A stretch of 19,286 nucleotides of DNA from Snowella sp. (GTDB lineage Bacteria > Cyanobacteriota > Cyanobacteriia > Cyanobacteriales > Microcystaceae), in contig JAYKGY010000143.1 in NCBI GenBank assembly GCA_035285545.1, positions 1-19,286 on the forward strand. Direction: 5' to 3'. The translations under genes and the position numbers were made by a program. Each line of letters starts with the position of its first letter. The first letter of the stretch is position 1. Positions 14,816 through 19,286 of the stretch are shown here, piece by piece. The notes below the pieces were generated by a model. The model made no database searches. It was not told the DNA's origin and saw only the letters and a program-made list of their open reading frames with translations.

Positions 14816-16744
14816 ATGGCTTCCATCAAATTTGCTCAGTCGGCGATCCTTGCTTTAATGGCGGGTGCTTCTGCTTTTTTCGGTGGCAATCTCCAACCCG
14901 TCCACGCTCAGGCAACAGCAACCGGAAGTCTCAGCTTTTATCAACCCAGTACCAATACCCTCTACACCATTGGGGGCGAAATTTCTACGCCAACAGGACT
15001 TTCCTTTTCCGGGCCAACCACGATTACCCCCGGCGCGATCGATAGTTTTCCTGATCCGACGAATCCTGATCCGGCGTTGGCCGCTGTCGCAGTCCCGAAT
15101 TCACTAACCATTGATCCTGGTTTTGTCCAGCTTGACCCGCTTCTTCCCCTCAATGCCCAGATAGCAGCTTTACTGAGTGGACTGATTCTCCCCATCGATC
15201 TTTCCCAGATAGTTTCTATCATTCGGGCCAGCAGCAATGTGGTGGATACCTATAGCCCTGCAAGAGCAGCCGGAAGCGTTACCTACAGCAACGGGGAATA
15301 TCTGCAAACCATTAGTGGGGAAATGTCCTTAGCGGCGGGATATTTTCCTGGCCCACTTTATATTGAACCCAGCTTCGGAAATATCGCCACAGGAGATCCT
15401 AATTCTGGAGCCTATCCTCGCAACTTGGGTTTAATTAGTTCCTTTATCATTAGTGGTGGTATTCCACTGTTTGATAATCCTCCTGCAACGATCAATGCTG
15501 CCGCCGCCTTAAAGCTCTCGGAAGCCACGACCTTATCAGAACAAGTTTCAATTTTGCGAGCTGGATCAGATTTACTCAATAGCTCTAGTGTCAACCAATC
15601 AACGATTACGGCCAATACGACCTTAACTTATGTGGGTAACGATCCGAATCTGGTTGGTTTTAGTCAATCTGTCAGTGGAGAAGTCGCCTTACCCAAAGGT
15701 TTATATTATTTCGGGCCGGTAGCCGAATCTCGTGTTCCGGGAACTTGTGATGTCGGATCAAGCTGCCTTTTTATTGCCTCCATTGTAGATAACAATTTAG
15801 ATGTCGGAGTTCCCAGATTGGATCAATTGATTGTTGATCCGGGGGTCAGCAGCCTTCTTCCGATTCCCTACGATCTGAATGCCCAAGCCGCAATCACCTT
15901 ACTTTCGCTGACCAATTTGTCCGATATCGTTTCGTTTATTCGTGCGGGCAGTACTGCCAATGGGCCTTCAGGAACAACGCTACAGGCGAGAGCTTCAGGT
16001 AGTGCCATTATCACGACCCCGAATGGTTCCACCCAGTCCGTCAGTGGGGAGATCAGCTTACCGTCTGGATTATATTTTGAACGCCCTGCTGCTGATGCAA
16101 ATTGCAGAAACGGCGGTGGGGGTTGCTTAGCGGTTACGCCAGATGTTCAGTTAGAGATTAATGTTGGCGGCATTACAAGCACGACAGATCTAGCTTATAT
16201 TGCAGGACTAACCCTCGATCCGGGGCCGGTTGAACCAGGCGATGCCCTCGCTCCAACGGGATTACAACCGCTTAACTTTAATGCTCAAGTTGCTAATCAA
16301 CTCTATCAAGCGGCTACTTCCGGTTCCGTCTCCGATGTGGTTTCGATTATTCGGGCAGGGACAGGCTCCAACGGGTTGTCGGCATCGAGTGAGCCGGTGG
16401 CAAAAGCGAGTGGGGGAGTAACCATTAGTCTCCCGAATGGAGCAGTGCAGTCGGTTACAGGAGAACTGAGTTTACCGGCTGGGCAATATTTTGATGGGAG
16501 TGCGGGTTGTGTTTCGGGTGGGGGTTGTTTAACCATTACTCCAACCTTGACTAACCGTTACGATGGTACGAATCTGAATTTGGTGGCGATTCAATCGTTA
16601 GTCGTTGACCCAGGTTTAGCGAATGCCACTAACCGATTATGGAATTTCGATGCGGCTGCGGCCTATGCCCTTACTCAACAGACAACCCTACCGGATCAAA
16701 TTTCTGTGATTCGCGCAGGTGCGGGAAGCAATGGATTGGATTAA
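14816..16744 (+). CDS. Secreted protein composed of five tandem diverged copies of the 14274-14678 domain
   Basis: Signal peptide ending PVHA|Q. Five units at approximately 14909-15256, 15257-15595, 15596-15982, 15983-16393 and 16394-16741, sharing a degenerate pattern A.GS...QSV.GE..LP.G..F...L..DPG...NA..A..L...VSIIRAG. Ends SVIRAGAGSNGLD. Confidence 0.85.
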   Translation: MASIKFAQSAILALMAGASAFFGGNLQPVHAQATATGSLSFYQPSTNTLYTIGGEISTPTGLSFSGPTTITPGAIDSFPDPTNPDPALAAVAVPNSLTIDPGFVQLDPLLPLNAQIAALLSGLILPIDLSQIVSIIRASSNVVDTYSPARAAGSVTYSNGEYLQTISGEMSLAAGYFPGPLYIEPSFGNIATGDPNSGAYPRNLGLISSFIISGGIPLFDNPPATINAAAALKLSEATTLSEQVSILRAGSDLLNSSSVNQSTITANTTLTYVGNDPNLVGFSQSVSGEVALPKGLYYFGPVAESRVPGTCDVGSSCLFIASIVDNNLDVGVPRLDQLIVDPGVSSLLPIPYDLNAQAAITLLSLTNLSDIVSFIRAGSTANGPSGTTLQARASGSAIITTPNGSTQSVSGEISLPSGLYFERPAADANCRNGGGGCLAVTPDVQLEINVGGITSTTDLAYIAGLTLDPGPVEPGDALAPTGLQPLNFNAQVANQLYQAATSGSVSDVVSIIRAGTGSNGLSASSEPVAKASGGVTISLPNGAVQSVTGELSLPAGQYFDGSAGCVSGGGCLTITPTLTNRYDGTNLNLVAIQSLVVDPGLANATNRLWNFDAAAAYALTQQTTLPDQISVIRAGAGSNGLD

Positions 16745-16768
16745 GGCGGATTGACTGGCAAAAGTTAA

Positions 16769-16812
16769 GATGGGAGAAATAAACGAGGCATTTTGCCCCG
16801 ATCTTCTCAATC
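16769..16812. terminator. Imperfect hairpin between convergent genes, possible bidirectional terminator
   Basis: Inner stem CGAGGCA-TTT-TGCCCCG (16784-16800), flanked by partly complementary GATGGGAGAA and TTCTCAATC. Confidence 0.4.
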
Positions 16813-16846
16813 ACACGCATTATTTAGGATTACTATTGGTGATTCG

Positions 16847-17242
16847 TTAATTTGGCAAGACTGCAATACAATCAATTTCAACTAAAACGTCTTTCGGTAA
16901 ACGAGCGACTTCCACACAAGCCCGTGCCGGTGCGATCGCTTCATCAAAGTAGGTAGCATAAACCTGATTCATCGGGACAAAATTATTGAGATCACTTAAG
17001 AAAACCGTTGTTTTAACCACATTTCCCCAGTTTGTGCCTGCTTCTTTTAAAATCGCGCCTAAGTTGGCCATCACTTGTTGGGTTTGTTGGGCAATGTCAT
17101 CTCCGCCGACGAGTTCACCCGTTTCGGGATTGAGGGGAATTTGACCAGCAACGAATAGCATTTTTCCTTGGGCCGCGATCGCTTGATTGTAGGGGCCAAC
17201 GGGGGCAGGAGCTTGGTTAGTGCGAATAATTTGAAGAGTCAT
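16847..17242 (-). CDS. ridA: RidA/YjgF/YER057c/UK114 family enamine/imine deaminase
   Basis: Motifs APAPVGPYNQA, LFVAGQIPLNP, VVKTTVFL, MNQVY..YF, PARACVEV..LP (catalytic Arg) and VEIDCIA. Confidence 0.93.
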   Translation of the reverse strand: MTLQIIRTNQAPAPVGPYNQAIAAQGKMLFVAGQIPLNPETGELVGGDDIAQQTQQVMANLGAILKEAGTNWGNVVKTTVFLSDLNNFVPMNQVYATYFDEAIAPARACVEVARLPKDVLVEIDCIAVLPN

Positions 17243-17300
17243 CGGTTAAACATAAAGACGCTTTCCTTAAAATACCGTGAAAGGGATTCTGAAAACTTAT

Positions 17301-18053
17301 TTAACGCTGATTTTCTTTGGGTTCATTATTCATTTGATTTGTAAAGTCCGCGATCGCTTGCCATTCGGCTTCCGATAAGGGTTGAGTGACTAACTGGATT
17401 CCAAAACAATCTTCCGCCGCTTGGATTAACGCTGACCTAATGGTTGCTGTCGGAATCGAAATTTGATGGGCAGAAAAACGCCCAAAAACCTGAGTAAATA
17501 AATCCGGATCAGGGGTTAATAGCATCGAACCATGTTGCAGAATGCTTTTTCCTTGACGATACTGGGCCCCACCAATGATTTTATGACCTTCCACATCAAT
17601 TAAATCCGCTTGGGTTGCTGTCCCAAAACAATTGGGGTTATGGATATAGCCTCTTCCCGTTTGCCCATAGTGCAGTTCCACCCCCAGCGATCGCCAACCT
17701 GTGATTAAAAATTCAGAAATTTGTTCATAGGACTTTGCCACATTGGAACTAAAGCCCGAAGTTACCACCAGATAGGTTAAATCCCCCTGATGTAAAACCG
17801 CCCTACCTCCCGATGGGCGACGAACTAAATCAATAGGTTTTCCCTGCCAAGTTAAATGATTCCATTTTTCAGGATAACGGTGTTGAAAATGTCCCAATGA
17901 AATTGCCACAGGCGACCAGGTATAAAATCTTAGGGTTGGCGGATGATTCCCTGATTGATGTTGTTGCAGTAACCAAGTATCAATGGCCATCTGCATTTTT
18001 CCGGTGGTTTCAATGGGCGGAATCAAACGCCAGGTCGTTTTTTGCTCAAACAT
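17301..18053 (-). CDS. Lipoate-protein ligase family protein (LplA/LipM-like, BPL_LplA_LipB fold)
   Basis: Motifs QMAID, PTLRFYTW...AISLG..Q, VRRPSGGRAVLH, NCF, KIIGGAQ and LQHGSM. Confidence 0.9.
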   Translation of the reverse strand: MFEQKTTWRLIPPIETTGKMQMAIDTWLLQQHQSGNHPPTLRFYTWSPVAISLGHFQHRYPEKWNHLTWQGKPIDLVRRPSGGRAVLHQGDLTYLVVTSGFSSNVAKSYEQISEFLITGWRSLGVELHYGQTGRGYIHNPNCFGTATQADLIDVEGHKIIGGAQYRQGKSILQHGSMLLTPDPDLFTQVFGRFSAHQISIPTATIRSALIQAAEDCFGIQLVTQPLSEAEWQAIADFTNQMNNEPKENQR

Positions 18054-18074
18054 AACTAATCCCTAACCCGTGTT

Positions 18075-18347
18075 TTAAGGATTAGAAAATAGGGCAAATT
18101 TTACAAATACTCCCACAACAAACGAGAAAATAATGCCAATTAAGGCCCAAATTTGAGAACGTTGAGAGCCTTTTAATTCCCTAACATCTTCTTTAATCGT
18201 ATTTAGATCAACCTTCGCTGTTGCTACTTCAATTTTGAGACTTGTTAGATCATTTTCTATTCTGTCTAAGCGTTGATTAATTTTGGTAAATTCTTGTTTA
18301 AATTCACCTAAGATCTCTTTTAAATCAGTTTCAATTGTAGTAGACAT
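18075..18347 (-). CDS. Small coiled-coil protein with C-terminal membrane anchor (cyanobacterial XhlA-like family)
   Basis: ETDLKEIL start, heptad coil, then ELKGSQRSQIWALIGII and a transmembrane tail. I recognise this pattern from multicopy cyanobacterial proteins often labelled hemolysin XhlA family. Confidence 0.7.
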   Translation of the reverse strand: MSTTIETDLKEILGEFKQEFTKINQRLDRIENDLTSLKIEVATAKVDLNTIKEDVRELKGSQRSQIWALIGIIFSFVVGVFVKFALFSNP

Positions 18348-18353
18348 AATTAA

Positions 18354-18589
18354 TTAAGAATTTGTATAAAGATTATAAGCATTTCCATAAAATCCATAAG
18401 CTCTTTGATAAGGAACTTGTCTTGCTGCTTCTATACTAAGTTGATCAAAACACCGTTTCTTCCATATTCATCTGCACCAGCAACACCAAGCTCTTGAGCT
18501 AGAAGATCAACACATAGCGGCTGAAAAGCTTTAATAGGATCTAACTCCCAAAAATGAGGCGGTAAACTAGGGTTTAATCGAGCTTGCAT
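18354..18589 (-). pseudogene. Remnant of a gene with an N-terminal restriction-endonuclease-like (PD-(D/E)XK) domain
   Basis: ATG 18589 reads MQARLNPSLPPHFWELDPIKAFQPLCVDLLAQELGVAGADEYGRNGVLINLV, stopping at 18431-18433. The F..LC.DLL...YGRNG pattern normally precedes a QxGxD catalytic motif, which is missing. Another frame continues CFDQLSIEAARQVPYQRAYGFYGNAYNLYTNS to a stop at 18354. Confidence 0.5.
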
Positions 18590-18649
18590 TAAATTTTGTC
18601 ATTGATTGTAATACTGTAAAAATTATAACGCAGCCAAAAATAATCAAGC

Positions 18650-18856
18650 TTAGTTCGCAGATTGAGTTAAGCCACTATAGACAAAACCCGATTCATCAGG
18701 AATATCTGCCATTAAATCAGCAATAGTTTCTAAATAATCATTTAATTCCATCTTATGAGCTTGAGCAAATAAGTTCAACGTTTCTACCTTTTTACCTTCA
18801 TCCTTTTCAATTCGGCTCACCTGTCTTTCTGATAAAGACTGTCATAATCCCTTTTG
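18650..18856 (-). pseudogene. C-terminal XRE-type helix-turn-helix gene fragment, truncated at the IS1634 end
   Basis: Frame reads QKGL*QSLSERQVSRIEKDEGKKVETLNLFAQAHKMELNDYLETIADLM... to TAA at 18650. LSERQVSRIE is an XRE recognition-helix pattern. In-frame TGA at 18844-18842; no intact 5' part. Confidence 0.6.
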
Positions 18857-18858
18857 GA

Positions 18859-19286
18859 ACCAGATTCCGCCGTTTAGAGAGAGGGGTAAAGAATTAAAAT
18901 GAAGTGAAAAACAGGTAGGAAGTAATGGCAGCAGAAATGAAAGTAGAAAATCTAGACCATCTGGGAATTATGGCAGGCTTGATAGATGAGATAGGAATAG
19001 TAGAGTTACTCAACGAAAGGCTAGGAACAGATAGCCGATAGGGGAAGGGATAAAAGCGGAATATTTGAATGATGACCGCTTAGGAAAAAGCTTAGATGAA
19101 CTGTATGAATCAGGATTGAGCGAAATCTTTGTAGCAATAAGTCTTCAAGCAGTCAGTCAATTCGGAGTGAAACAAGAAACAGGGCACCTAGATTCGACCT
19201 CATTTCATGTAGAGGGAGAGTATGAAGAAACAGAGGAAAATCCAGAACCCGGAAGGATAGAAATTACCTACGGATATTCAAGAGAC
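18859..19286 (+). mobile_element. Left part of an IS1634-family insertion sequence
   Basis: Probable left end ACCAGATTCCGC (~18859-18870), an abrupt switch to purine-rich coding sequence, and transposase motifs described in the next feature. Runs off the window. Confidence 0.85.
18925..19286 (+). pseudogene. IS1634-family transposase, inactivated by internal deletion and frameshift
   Basis: ATG 18925 reads MAAEMKVENLDHLGIMAGLIDEIGIVELLNERLGTDSR, stopping at 19039-19041. A shifted frame from ~19038 reads IGEGIKAEYLNDDRLGKSLDELY...HLDSTSFHVEGEY...ITYGYSRD. LDHLG, LNDDRLG, HLDSTS and TYGYSRD are IS1634 hallmarks. Confidence 0.88.

Larger units (their letters stand above)
1138..17694. repeat. 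Dispersed HIP1 palindromes (GCGATCGC), about 21 copies
   Basis: Seen near 1138, 1264, 1570, 1957, 2883, 3470, 4462, 5333, 6175, 6201, 7115, 7373, 7967, 11105, 12014, 12590, 14292, 16932, 17116, 17350 and 17687 (manual count). Confidence 0.9.

Noticed and set aside
930..16536. Short 60-93 aa ORFs nested in or antisense to the long genes
   Set aside because: They are shadow frames of well-supported CDSs with no recognisable motifs.
1..19286. Whole window as a composite transposon
   Set aside because: The flanking elements belong to different IS families, and the interior includes ordinary housekeeping genes with normal HIP1 density.

Overview
Cyanobacterial chromosomal DNA: about 21 copies of the HIP1 octamer GCGATCGC were counted by eye, and the gene families are typical of cyanobacteria. 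The window begins in the 3' end of an IS5-family element and ends inside a damaged IS1634-family element. Housekeeping-type genes fill 364-8112 (membrane-anchored coiled-coil BRCT protein, CBS protein, cobH/cbiC, GIY-YIG protein, GH57/DUF3536, proA) and 16847-18347 (RidA, lipoate-ligase family, XhlA-like protein). Between them is an ~8.5 kb HIP1-poor, divergently transcribed cell-surface locus. Its minus arm encodes a small RTX protein and a 1500-aa protein with a signal peptide, 101-aa tandem repeats and a probable outer-membrane beta-barrel. Its plus arm encodes a 134-aa secreted protein with strong codon bias and a 642-aa secreted protein made of five diverged copies of the same domain. A 14 x 11-bp phased repeat array lies just upstream of a sigma70-type promoter for the small gene. 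The best candidate for an undescribed system is this locus, read as a surface polymer/filament system (major subunit, fused 5-domain minor subunit, outer-membrane barrel). The repeats and homology are seen in the sequence; the function is inference. Remnants of a restriction-endonuclease-like gene and an HTH gene lie next to the IS1634.
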